64,000 nt of DNA from Candidatus Bathyarchaeota archaeon (GTDB taxonomy: Archaea; Thermoproteota; Bathyarchaeia; Bathyarchaeales; Bathycorpusculaceae). The stretch lies in the NCBI GenBank assembly GCA_963775465.1, contig CAVZIW010000001.1:288001-352000 (forward strand), read 5' to 3'. Of the stretch, positions 51,482 to 60,799 are shown piece after piece; the first letter of the stretch is position 1; each line of letters opens with the position of its first letter. The position numbers and the translations under genes were made by a program. The notes beneath the pieces were generated by a model. That model was not told where the DNA came from. It searched no databases and saw nothing but the letters and a program-made list of their open reading frames with translations.

Positions 51482-52459
51482 TTATTCTTTGGTGGACCAG
51501 TTATTCCATACAGTCCATTCTGAAGAAGCCGTAGAGGCAAACCAGAAAATGTCTATTCCAGCTAAATTCGCAGTTGATGAAGAAACCAATTGTGTATCAA
51601 CCCACTGCATAGACGTTTTTATTGTTGGACTGTACCAAGAACAAGGCGTATAGGAAGGTAAGGCTAAGCCAACAGTTGAAGTAGCGTGAGTTAAGATTTT
51701 GTCCATGGTCGTTTTAAAGATTAATTCATAGTTTCCCCATAGGTCATAGAGCATAGGTTGAATTCGGTCCACATGAATCGATGCTATTTGGGTAGGGCTC
51801 ATTTCTTGCAACCAGTAAGCTATAACAGCTGTAAAATATTCTTTACCGATAGCATTTAGGGCTTTTGTAGCTTCATTGAAGTATGTTATTAAAGTAGGAT
51901 ATGGATGCCATATTTCTATGTCGTCTGCAATGCCGTCAAAACCATATGTTTTAACAACATTAACTAAGTTATTTATTGCAGTTGCACGTTGCCCAGATGT
52001 CGTTAAAGGTACATTTCCGCCTTCATCTATAATCCAAGCATAAATTTTTAGCCCTGCCGCATGAGCATTCGCAACAGAAGCATAAAACATGCTGGGTGTT
52101 TGACCATGAGAACTTAAGTCTATTGAACCGTCAGAGCGCCAATCTCCAACTTGGAGATAAATATTCTTAACATTATTTGCAGCAAACAAAGCACAATTTG
52201 AACGTGTTGGATCACCTGGTTGAGTCCAAATACCGTTAACCATTTGGTTCATTTCTCCTGAATTGGAGCTGAAGGTTTGCATAGCAGTGGGTGATGGAGT
52301 CGGAGTTGGCGATGGAGTAGCAGTATATGAATGATAGCGCCAATAACTTCGAGCTTGAACTGTATCTATCCCTGAAGACAAACTAAGAAAAGTAGAAGAC
52401 AACAGAATAGCAGAGATTAGTAGAGCTATTAAGACTACACTTTTTTGATTCACTGACAA
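51482..52459 (-). CDS. Secreted GH18-like TIM-barrel glycoside hydrolase
   Basis: Signal peptide, PT linker, AHAAGLKIYAW, YGFDGIADDIE, PMLYD. Confidence 0.75.
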   Translation of the reverse strand: MSVNQKSVVLIALLISAILLSSTFLSLSSGIDTVQARSYWRYHSYTATPSPTPTPSPTAMQTFSSNSGEMNQMVNGIWTQPGDPTRSNCALFAANNVKNIYLQVGDWRSDGSIDLSSHGQTPSMFYASVANAHAAGLKIYAWIIDEGGNVPLTTSGQRATAINNLVNVVKTYGFDGIADDIEIWHPYPTLITYFNEATKALNAIGKEYFTAVIAYWLQEMSPTQIASIHVDRIQPMLYDLWGNYELIFKTTMDKILTHATSTVGLALPSYTPCSWYSPTIKTSMQWVDTQLVSSSTANLAGIDIFWFASTASSEWTVWNNWSTKE

Positions 52460-53006
52460 TACCCTCTACTGCTAGTGAATGTTCTTTTTAGGCAAACTTT
52501 TGAATTCATAGAGTCTATTCGAGGATTCTTGCTGGGATATTTTATTTAAGTTGTGGGTTTTCATTTTTTCATTCTCTCTCTTCCTGATTTTTGCCTCTTA
52601 GAGGTTACATAGAATTTATGTTTTTTTGCGAAATCCAATAACGTTGTTTGCAAATTCCAATCAGAGTTGCCGAGAAGAATCATGTTTTAGAAAGACAGGG
52701 TAAGCTTGCTAAGCTCGTGATAGCATGGTGCAATTTGATTCTATTATTTTAATACCGTTATTGAAGCGACTTTGATAGCAAATAATTCCGGTTATTATTG
52801 TGAATCTGGGTGCATTTTTTGGCAGAAAACACGAATAGAAGCTTGAACCACCTCTCTAAGGATTGAAATTTAGTTTCTTCAATGAATTCAAAAAGCAAAG
52901 TTTGCTTGAAACATAAGGTCGCTTTAACTGGAAATCATTCAACCAAGTTCCGTTGAACCGCACAAATAAAGATCAAAAGCCACATCCACTTAAAACTTGC
53001 GACGGC

Positions 53007-55025
53007 TTAAAAATAGACATTAGTTTTTTTCGAAGTTTTTCTTTTCCTTAGTACAAATATGCCTACTGTACCACCGATTAACACAACTCCAAGAACTACT
53101 ACTTCCAAAACTAGAGTATTAGCATTAAGAATAGGAACATTAGTAGGAGAAGGAGACAACGAAGGAGGAGTGGGTGAAGGGGAAAAAGACGGAGCAACAG
53201 TTGGTTGAAGCGTTGGAGTGGTTGTTGGAGTAACTGTAGGTCTATGAGTGGGGGTTGGGGTCGGTTTAGGAGTGGCAGTGGGAACTGGTGACCAGTTTGC
53301 AATAGCTGTTTTGGGGCCATCCATAACAATAATGTTTGAAGTTGAAGAGCTGCCAGAAGCGCCGCCGCTCCATCCACTAAACGTGTATTGAGCGCCACCA
53401 CTTCCAGTTGCAATTGTAGAACTGAGTGTAGCGTAGGCGGAGCCACCAGCATCATACCAGCCTTCTCCACCAGTATCTCCGTAAGGGGAAGATACTGTCA
53501 AGTAGAACTGATGAGTCCATGAAGCAGTCTCAGTAACAGGACCATTCATAACAACTAAATTCGTGTTGTTATCCACGCCAGTGTAACTTCCTGAGCCTGA
53601 ACCAGCCCACCCGTTCCAAACATAACGCTCACCAGCGCCAACACCCGAAGAAACTGCATAAATATTTACAGATGTCCCTGCATCATACCAGTTGCCAGAC
53701 GCTGGACTAAGAGAGCCAAAGTTGGTATTCATAGTCAACTGAAACTGAGTTAAATAGTTACCAGTTACCGTGGTGAAACCGGAAACCACAATTGGAGAAG
53801 TTAAACCAGTAATGCTGTTAAGTCGATAGTGTTTGCCAGTCATACCACTTGTGACAGAATCAACATAAGAATATGTGACAATAGCACCATTGTCAACCCA
53901 AATAGAGCCTCCTGATATACCAATAGGACTAATGGCACCAGAATATGAACCATTACTAACGTTGAAGCTCGCTAGGTTTCCAGTCGAATCAGCACCAAGA
54001 CCAGAACTTGTAAAGAATAACAAATATTGATGAGCCCATGAAGCAGTTTCATTAATAGGACCATTCATAACAACTAAATTCGTGTTGTTATCCAGCCCAG
54101 TATAGCTTCCCAAGCCGCTGCCAGTCCAACCAAGCCAGACATAGCGGTCATTAGAGCCATTAGTTGGAGAGAAAGAAGCAATAGTCACTATGGATCCTGC
54201 AGGGTACCAATACTCACCCACTGTGGGGATCGTGGTTCCAAAGTTAGTTGTAACAGTTAACTTATAGCCCAAGATTTTAATCAAAGCATTATACCACACA
54301 TCAGCCATCTTTTCATATCCTTCAGCAGTTGGGTGTATGCCTGGGTACATGCCATCCTGAACCAAATCATCAGGGTAATTCAAAGCATGTTCCATATCCA
54401 CGATAGTGATATTATCACCGCTTGCTGTGCGGTTCGAAGCCATCGCTTCAAGCGCATCATCAAACTCTATTGTCTTAGTATTCAAACTCACATTGTCTGA
54501 ACGCAGGATAATGCGCGCAAGAAAAACTGTAACCGACTCACCAGAAACAGATTCCCAGAGATCAATATTGTCAAGTATGCCTTTAATTTCAGAGATTATT
54601 CCAGCGACATCTTGACCACTCGAGATATCGTTGGTTCCTATATGAAGTAACACAACATCAGCTGGATTGTTAATAAGCCAATCATACACTCCATCTCTAA
54701 TGTTACTAGCATTGTATCCGATGTGCCCCTCATGATTAGGGTCAAAACCCGTACCATTAGATTGTGAGCCGACAAAATCTACACTAAAACCGGAGTTATT
54801 CAAATCCAGATAAAGATCTTTTCTATAACCATCCAAACCTGGATACCCTAAAGTTATCGAGTCCCCCAAAGGCATTATCTTATGAGTCGTTGTCTGAGCT
54901 TTTACTACAAACTCAGAATCGTTTGCTGTTGCTGCAAATGTCATTCCTATGACAAGAGTTAGCAATAAGATAACCAAGAGCTTTCTCATAATATTAACAC
55001 CGTTTGCCGAGGGTGCGATTGCCAA
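53007..55025 (-). CDS. Anchored SGNH/GDSL esterase (CE3-like) with InlB B-repeat-like domains
   Basis: IMPLGDSIT, HEGHIG, LLHIGTND, GIHPTAEGY; repeated W.GW.GSG.GSYTG...M.GP..ETASW; PT linker and TM. Confidence 0.9.
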   Translation of the reverse strand: MAIAPSANGVNIMRKLLVILLLTLVIGMTFAATANDSEFVVKAQTTTHKIMPLGDSITLGYPGLDGYRKDLYLDLNNSGFSVDFVGSQSNGTGFDPNHEGHIGYNASNIRDGVYDWLINNPADVVLLHIGTNDISSGQDVAGIISEIKGILDNIDLWESVSGESVTVFLARIILRSDNVSLNTKTIEFDDALEAMASNRTASGDNITIVDMEHALNYPDDLVQDGMYPGIHPTAEGYEKMADVWYNALIKILGYKLTVTTNFGTTIPTVGEYWYPAGSIVTIASFSPTNGSNDRYVWLGWTGSGLGSYTGLDNNTNLVVMNGPINETASWAHQYLLFFTSSGLGADSTGNLASFNVSNGSYSGAISPIGISGGSIWVDNGAIVTYSYVDSVTSGMTGKHYRLNSITGLTSPIVVSGFTTVTGNYLTQFQLTMNTNFGSLSPASGNWYDAGTSVNIYAVSSGVGAGERYVWNGWAGSGSGSYTGVDNNTNLVVMNGPVTETASWTHQFYLTVSSPYGDTGGEGWYDAGGSAYATLSSTIATGSGGAQYTFSGWSGGASGSSSTSNIIVMDGPKTAIANWSPVPTATPKPTPTPTHRPTVTPTTTPTLQPTVAPSFSPSPTPPSLSPSPTNVPILNANTLVLEVVVLGVVLIGGTVGIFVLRKRKTSKKTNVYF

Positions 55026-55102
55026 TTATAAATTCTAACATAGCCAAAATTGCATTTATCCACTTTGTAATTAAAATACTCTTTTGGTCGAAAAGCATCT
55101 TT

Positions 55103-55753
55103 CTATACCACGATTTTACGGCAATAAAACGCTTCAGCATATTTGCTGTGTGAATTAGACTCTATTCCACGTATTCGCATTATGGATCGGAAAGATTCTT
55201 CATCAAACCAACCTTTTTCAAATTGACTTTGAAATATTTCACATATATTTGCTATTTTCCTATGGACTAAACTTTCATCTAAGTGAACGTATAAGTTGGG
55301 AATCCCTAAATCTGCGTCATATTTCTCTATCTCATATTCCAAAATTACGTTGTCACGAAACGCATTCCAAGTAAGTTCAGAAATTAGTCGATGATCTTGA
55401 TGGGCATCATTAGAATAATGTGTAAGTATTAAATCTGGAGAAAATTCCTTCTTCAAATCCACGAAATAATCCTTTATGGAAGCACCGATATATGGAAAAT
55501 AAGAATCTCTAAACTTCTCAACGTGAATAGACTTTGAGTTAACCTTGCCAAGAAATGATTCTGCGCTCTTATAAGCTTCCTGTGCTCTTTGGTCTTTTGC
55601 TGAAAAAACAACCCAGTGGAATTCAGCTCTTGGATATTCTTGGACAAGCCTTAGAATTGTTCCTCCGCACCCAATTTCTATGTCATCTGAATGAGCACCT
55701 AGGCAAAGAATTTTTGGTTCTGGATTATCAACAAATAGACGGAATTTATTCAT
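55103..55753 (-). CDS. PIG-L/LmbE family deacetylase
   Basis: LGAHSDDIEIGCGGT, DAHQDH. Confidence 0.92.
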   Translation of the reverse strand: MNKFRLFVDNPEPKILCLGAHSDDIEIGCGGTILRLVQEYPRAEFHWVVFSAKDQRAQEAYKSAESFLGKVNSKSIHVEKFRDSYFPYIGASIKDYFVDLKKEFSPDLILTHYSNDAHQDHRLISELTWNAFRDNVILEYEIEKYDADLGIPNLYVHLDESLVHRKIANICEIFQSQFEKGWFDEESFRSIMRIRGIESNSHSKYAEAFYCRKIVV

Positions 55754-56558
55754 GCATTATACCGCCGTTTTTACAATGGCTACGATTATTCCATATTTCC
55801 CAAGATGAAGCATTTTTTGAAGCCAACTCGTCTAAGCGTTGTTTATCTTTGTATGTATCTAAACTCGCCCAGAAACCGTCGTATTTGTAAGCTAGCAACT
55901 CTTTTTTCTTGATGAGCCTTTGAAATGGTTCATTGACTAAATCTTCTCCTGGATTTATGTAGTCAAATATTTGGTTTTTAAAGACAAAGAACCCCCCGTT
56001 GATTCTAAGAGGCGTTTGATTTAATTGGCAAATGTCTTTAACGTAGTCATCTTTGGTTGTTGACACATAATGAAATACAACTGATGGTTTAACGGTTATG
56101 AAAACCCCTATTTTATCTCTTTTAACGAAAAAATCTATCAGAGTGGGTAGATGCAAATCAGTGATACCATCAGAGTAATTCGCAAGAAACATTTCATCCT
56201 TGTCAACATATTTCTTGACGGCTAGCAACCTTTCACCTAAAGTTGAATTTAGTCCAGTCTCGGCAAAAGTTATTTTCCATTCGTCGATATCACTTTTGAA
56301 GAGTTTACGTTTCTTTTTTCCACTGGATAAGACAAAATCACCCGTTAAGCACTCATCATAATTTAGGAAAAATTCTTTTATGGTCTCACCCTTGTAGCCA
56401 AGACAGAGAATGAAATCCTTGTGCCCAAAATAAGAGTAATATTTCATTAGCTGCAACATGATTGGCTTTCCACCCACAGAAACTAACGGTTTAGGTATGG
56501 TCTCAGTTGATGGATGCAACCTCATACCCAAACCACCACAAAACAGAACAACTTTCAC
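55746..56558 (-). CDS. rfbF: Glucose-1-phosphate cytidylyltransferase-like nucleotidyltransferase
   Basis: VVLFCGGLGMRL, IPKPLV, FILCLGYKG, NYSDG, INGGFF, GFWASLDT. Confidence 0.85.
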   Translation of the reverse strand: MKVVLFCGGLGMRLHPSTETIPKPLVSVGGKPIMLQLMKYYSYFGHKDFILCLGYKGETIKEFFLNYDECLTGDFVLSSGKKKRKLFKSDIDEWKITFAETGLNSTLGERLLAVKKYVDKDEMFLANYSDGITDLHLPTLIDFFVKRDKIGVFITVKPSVVFHYVSTTKDDYVKDICQLNQTPLRINGGFFVFKNQIFDYINPGEDLVNEPFQRLIKKKELLAYKYDGFWASLDTYKDKQRLDELASKNASSWEIWNNRSHCKNGGIMHE

Positions 56559-57844
56559 ACAACTTCCTCCTTAAGAACCGTACTTGTTAATTCATTTCCT
56601 TGAGCATCATACATTTCCAATTTTGGGATAGGCACTATAAAGCGGCCTTCCCAGCGTCCTATTTGCGACATTTGATTTATAATTTCCTTTTTTATACTCC
56701 AAGGCAAAATTAGAACATAATCAGGCTTGGTTTCCTGAATTTTGTCAGAACTAAGAATTGGCAAGTGTGTACCAGCCTGAAATTTTCCTTGCTTGTTCGA
56801 GTTACGATCAACTAAATAATCAAGAAAATCTGTTCGAATGCCACAATAATTAAGCAAAGTATGAGCTTCGGCATGTGCACCATAACCAGCCACAGATTTT
56901 CTTTTGCGCTTAACTTTTATTAGAATATCTAAGAGGTTGCGTTTGGTCTCCTTAACCTTTTCATTAAATGAAAGGTACTTTTGAATTTCCAAAAAACCAG
57001 TTTCTCTTTCACTCTCTCTAACTTCATCAGGACGGTTCGTTTTAGATATCTGCTGATTTTCAGAATGACAAGCATAAATTCTCAAAGAACCACCGTGAGT
57101 TGGAATTTCCTCGACATCAAAGATTGACAAATCATGCGATGTAAATAATTTTTCAATAACAGTAAAAGAGAAGTATGAGAAGCGCTCATGACTTAATGTG
57201 TCAAACTGGTTTTTCTCAATTAAATTTTTCAGATAGTGAAACTCCAAAGTAATTATCCCTGATGGTTTGAGCAAAGCTTTCATACAATCTAAAAAACCAT
57301 GAATATCAGGAACCTGAGCTATTATGTTGTTTCCAATTAAAAGATCCGCTTGCTTATCTTGCTCAACCAGGTAATTCGCTGTTTCTTTATCAAAGAACTC
57401 GATTATGGTTGGAATTCCCTTTTTAATTGCTTCTTCTGCCACATTGCTTGCTGGTTCGACGCCTAAGACAGGGATGTTTCGTTGAGCAAAGAATTGCAGA
57501 AGATAACCATCGTTACTTGCAATCTCAATAACTTGACTTTTGGAATCTAATTTTAGCTTATTCGCTATCATCTCGGCATAGTTCTCAGAATGCTTCAACC
57601 AACCCTTTGAGGAAGATGAAAAATACGAATACTTCTTGTAAATTTCTTTGGGGGTAATAGACGCCTCCAATTGCACAAGCAAACATTTTTTGCAGAAGTA
57701 AATGTGTAATGGATAAGTTGGCTCCATTTTATTTAATTGATCAATAGAAAGATAACTTTCACATAACGGTTGCACACCTAGATCAGCGAAGGTATACTTA
57801 AGAGGTTCACCGCAAGACCGGCAATTCAAGTTTTTTGCTCCCAT
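56555..57844 (-). CDS. NDP-hexose C-methyltransferase-like protein with degenerate active site
   Basis: CRSC...C..C Zn domain, EIASNDGYLL, THGGSLR, NYCG; the usual NVLAHVP and YHEH motifs read NIIAQVP and SHER. Confidence 0.85.
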   Translation of the reverse strand: MGAKNLNCRSCGEPLKYTFADLGVQPLCESYLSIDQLNKMEPTYPLHIYFCKKCLLVQLEASITPKEIYKKYSYFSSSSKGWLKHSENYAEMIANKLKLDSKSQVIEIASNDGYLLQFFAQRNIPVLGVEPASNVAEEAIKKGIPTIIEFFDKETANYLVEQDKQADLLIGNNIIAQVPDIHGFLDCMKALLKPSGIITLEFHYLKNLIEKNQFDTLSHERFSYFSFTVIEKLFTSHDLSIFDVEEIPTHGGSLRIYACHSENQQISKTNRPDEVRESERETGFLEIQKYLSFNEKVKETKRNLLDILIKVKRKRKSVAGYGAHAEAHTLLNYCGIRTDFLDYLVDRNSNKQGKFQAGTHLPILSSDKIQETKPDYVLILPWSIKKEIINQMSQIGRWEGRFIVPIPKLEMYDAQGNELTSTVLKEEVV

Positions 57845-57877
57845 TATTCTCCGCCTAAAAAATATTTTTCTTAAATG

Positions 57878-58921
57878 TTAACCTACTAAGCGTCTCAATG
57901 TCTTGTCAACCCCACCAGATTTTAGACTATTTTCGAGGTGAGTTATACGTCTGTATCTAGGACCCTCAAACTCTTCAACTAACAAACCAACTTTTTTGTA
58001 AGCGTCATATAGCTGTTTGGCGCCCAAAGGAACGGTCCATTGCGGTTTAAATTCAGGCAACGCGGAAGCTATCTTATCAAATTCAACTCTGTAAGAACGT
58101 TGATCAGCTTCAGCACCCTCAACATATTTGATTTCTGAGTCGGGAACAGTTTGCTTAGCAATCTCTGCAACCTCACGGATTCTAAAATTTTGATCATTTC
58201 GCCCTACGTTGAAAATCTGATTGTGAACTACGTCCCGAGGTGCATTAAGGACAGCAATGAAAGCGCGAGAGATATCTTGAATGTGAACAAACGGTCTCCA
58301 TGCAGTTCCATCGCTTTTTAGAAGAACAATACCTTTTGTAAACGACCAAGCTATGAAGTTGTTTACGACAAGATCAAAACGGAGCATAGGTGAGAGTCCA
58401 TATGCTGTCGATGAACGCAGCAAAGTCGGGCTAAAATTCGAGTCAGCTAATTTTGAAATATCTCTCTCAGCGAAAACTTTGGACTCTGCGTAAGGAGTAA
58501 CTGGTTTTGGTATTGACTCTTCGTTCACAATTTCATCTGTAGTAGCGCCATACACACTGCATGATGAGGAAAGAAGAAAACGTTCCACGCCTGCACTTTT
58601 GGCGAGTTTCGCCAATCTAACTGACCCTTCATGATTAATTTCATAGGTAACTTTTGGGTTGAGATTACCAAGAGGATCGTTTGATAACGCACAAAGATGT
58701 ATAACTGCGTCAAAGCCCACTAAATCAGAACGTTCTATATCCCGTACATCCTTTTTTAGATAGGGAATATTTGAGATAGCTCCAGTTATAGATGGATTAC
58801 CAAATACACAGTCTTTGAAGAGATCACTATCCAGACCGGTTATATCGAAACCTTCAGCTTGTAACATGGGCACCATTACAGTTCCGATATATCCGTTATT
58901 TCCTGTAACCAATATCTTCAT
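57878..58921 (-). CDS. NAD-dependent nucleotide-sugar epimerase/dehydratase (extended SDR)
   Basis: TGNNGYIG, ALSNDPLG, SSCSVYG, YAESK, DGTAWRP. Confidence 0.92.
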   Translation of the reverse strand: MKILVTGNNGYIGTVMVPMLQAEGFDITGLDSDLFKDCVFGNPSITGAISNIPYLKKDVRDIERSDLVGFDAVIHLCALSNDPLGNLNPKVTYEINHEGSVRLAKLAKSAGVERFLLSSSCSVYGATTDEIVNEESIPKPVTPYAESKVFAERDISKLADSNFSPTLLRSSTAYGLSPMLRFDLVVNNFIAWSFTKGIVLLKSDGTAWRPFVHIQDISRAFIAVLNAPRDVVHNQIFNVGRNDQNFRIREVAEIAKQTVPDSEIKYVEGAEADQRSYRVEFDKIASALPEFKPQWTVPLGAKQLYDAYKKVGLLVEEFEGPRYRRITHLENSLKSGGVDKTLRRLVG

Positions 58922-59082
58922 TCTTAACCCTTGCTTTCTTAGATAATAAGTCTTAATATATTAACCATATTCCGAAATTAATTAAATTTGATTTAGAAAG
59001 AACCTTGCTTGTTAATGCTTTTTTGTGAGGCATGATAAATAAAATTATTTTTGATTGGATATTTCTAATGCACCATTGTTTC

Positions 59083-60273
59083 TCAAGAGCACAGAAGATA
59101 TTCAGCTTCAATATCCATGGTTTCCACCATTTTCCTAATTTCATTAAGGTATACTGGATTCATTATAATTATGACCTCAGGTTTGTAGTCTTTTAGAAAG
59201 CTTGGCGAAACTATTTGCTTACCAACACCTGGAATAAATTTGCCATGCCTGTTGGGATTAATATCAACTATGTATTGAATTTCATCCTTAATTTTCAAAG
59301 TAGTCATGAAAGCGACACATTTGGACCCTGATCCCCAGATAATAGCCTTTTTTTTCCCATCCTTAATTCTCATCAATTCTTTTTTCCAAGTATTTAATTT
59401 ATCTTGACATCTGGCGGAGAATAGATCCACCATCTTAGCTGTCTCTTCAACACTTTTTTCTTTTTCAAATATTATACTTGATGGTTCATTTACAGGCTTT
59501 CCTTCAATGAGAAGATACTGATCAAAGTAGTCTTTAACTAGATTTGTTACTTCAAAATTGCACAAACGAAATATCTGTGCCAAAGATTTGAGACTAAAAT
59601 AAGAACAATGTTCATAGTAAATGTCCCAAAAAGCAACTTCTGTCAAAATGCGACCAACATCAGGTACTTCGAAAAACACAGGTGTATGGTTAGTATTGAT
59701 GGATCTCTGAACGCTATTTATGAATTGTGCGGTATTGGGAATATGTTCAAGCGTATGACGACAACAAACAAAATCGCCCAGGTATTTTGCGTAACGTTCA
59801 GAGTAATAATCTCTGATAAACATTATTCGATCTGAAGCAGAGCTTTGGACACCGCCACTAACAGTTGAGGGGTCTATTCCAACTCCATAATTGTTACCCA
59901 ACTCACAGAGCATTGCCAAGAAATCACCTCTACCGCAACCAATTTCTGAAACATGCTTTCCGTGCAGATCATAAGTATCAATTAAATGAGTAGCCAATTT
60001 TTGCGCATACGTCATAAATGTAGCTGAAAAACCTTGTTCTTCAGGAGCGAGCGAGGCGTAATCAACCTTTGAAGGATCAAAAGCCACATTGGAAATAAAA
60101 CCACAAGACTTGCAAAAACCAAGAACTACATCACCACGAGGAAAACTAATAGCCTCATGTTTTGTTGAAAACATCAAACAACTGTTAATCGGAACGCTTT
60201 CAGCTTTATAAAAAATTTCCATTCCGACCGTGCTACAACTTGGACAAATATTTTTTGTTGCCGATGACATCAT
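59083..60273 (-). CDS. NDP-hexose C-methyltransferase family protein
   Basis: CPSC...CKSC, EIGCGRG, RHTLEHIP, WDIYYEHCSYF, WGSGSK, VDINP. Confidence 0.9.
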   Translation of the reverse strand: MMSSATKNICPSCSTVGMEIFYKAESVPINSCLMFSTKHEAISFPRGDVVLGFCKSCGFISNVAFDPSKVDYASLAPEEQGFSATFMTYAQKLATHLIDTYDLHGKHVSEIGCGRGDFLAMLCELGNNYGVGIDPSTVSGGVQSSASDRIMFIRDYYSERYAKYLGDFVCCRHTLEHIPNTAQFINSVQRSINTNHTPVFFEVPDVGRILTEVAFWDIYYEHCSYFSLKSLAQIFRLCNFEVTNLVKDYFDQYLLIEGKPVNEPSSIIFEKEKSVEETAKMVDLFSARCQDKLNTWKKELMRIKDGKKKAIIWGSGSKCVAFMTTLKIKDEIQYIVDINPNRHGKFIPGVGKQIVSPSFLKDYKPEVIIIMNPVYLNEIRKMVETMDIEAEYLLCS

Positions 60274-60329
60274 CTCTAACTCCAGTTCAACTTTATTACA
60301 TTAATCTTAATTTTAAGCAATATTTCAAA

Positions 60330-60716
60330 TCATAACATCTCTTTTGGTTTTGCCAAGAATTCGGAATAGTCATACACTGATTCTGGGGGCACATGATCAA
60401 ACCAACAGTATTCTTGGCTTTCTTCATTAAGCTTCACTCTACCCACAGGGTTATACACTTGGAAGACGACAATGAGCTTAATCCTATCAAAAGTCTCCTC
60501 AATTCTCCCACCCAACAATTCTCCAATGTGAACATCGAGATCTGTTTCTTCTTTAAACTCTCTCCTTAAAGCTGCTGCAAGAGTCTCGTTTTCTTCTACA
60601 TGTCCTCCAATAACATGCCAAAAACCTCTAAATGGTTCGACATTACGTTTTAAGAGCAGGATTTTTTCATCTTTGATTAATATGCCATCTACACAGATAA
60701 AGATCGGTTTTGGCAA
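60330..60716 (-). CDS. Nudix hydrolase (possibly nucleotide-sugar hydrolase)
   Basis: GGHVEENETLAAALRREFKEET Nudix box; downstream of the GME-like gene. Confidence 0.9.
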   Translation of the reverse strand: MPKPIFICVDGILIKDEKILLLKRNVEPFRGFWHVIGGHVEENETLAAALRREFKEETDLDVHIGELLGGRIEETFDRIKLIVVFQVYNPVGRVKLNEESQEYCWFDHVPPESVYDYSEFLAKPKEML

Positions 60717-60799
60717 GAGGTCTTCACCATGATTTTATTATTTTTGTTTCTTTCTAAATAAAAAAAGAGATGTATTTACGACTTTTATCAAGAAAAAAA

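Noticed and set aside
50820-53000. Long AT-rich intergenic gaps (50.8-51.5 kb and 52.5-53.0 kb) as RNA genes or a replication origin
   Set aside because: No tRNA cloverleaf, stable GC-rich stem, repeated ORB-like boxes or adjacent cdc6/orc1 gene recognised.
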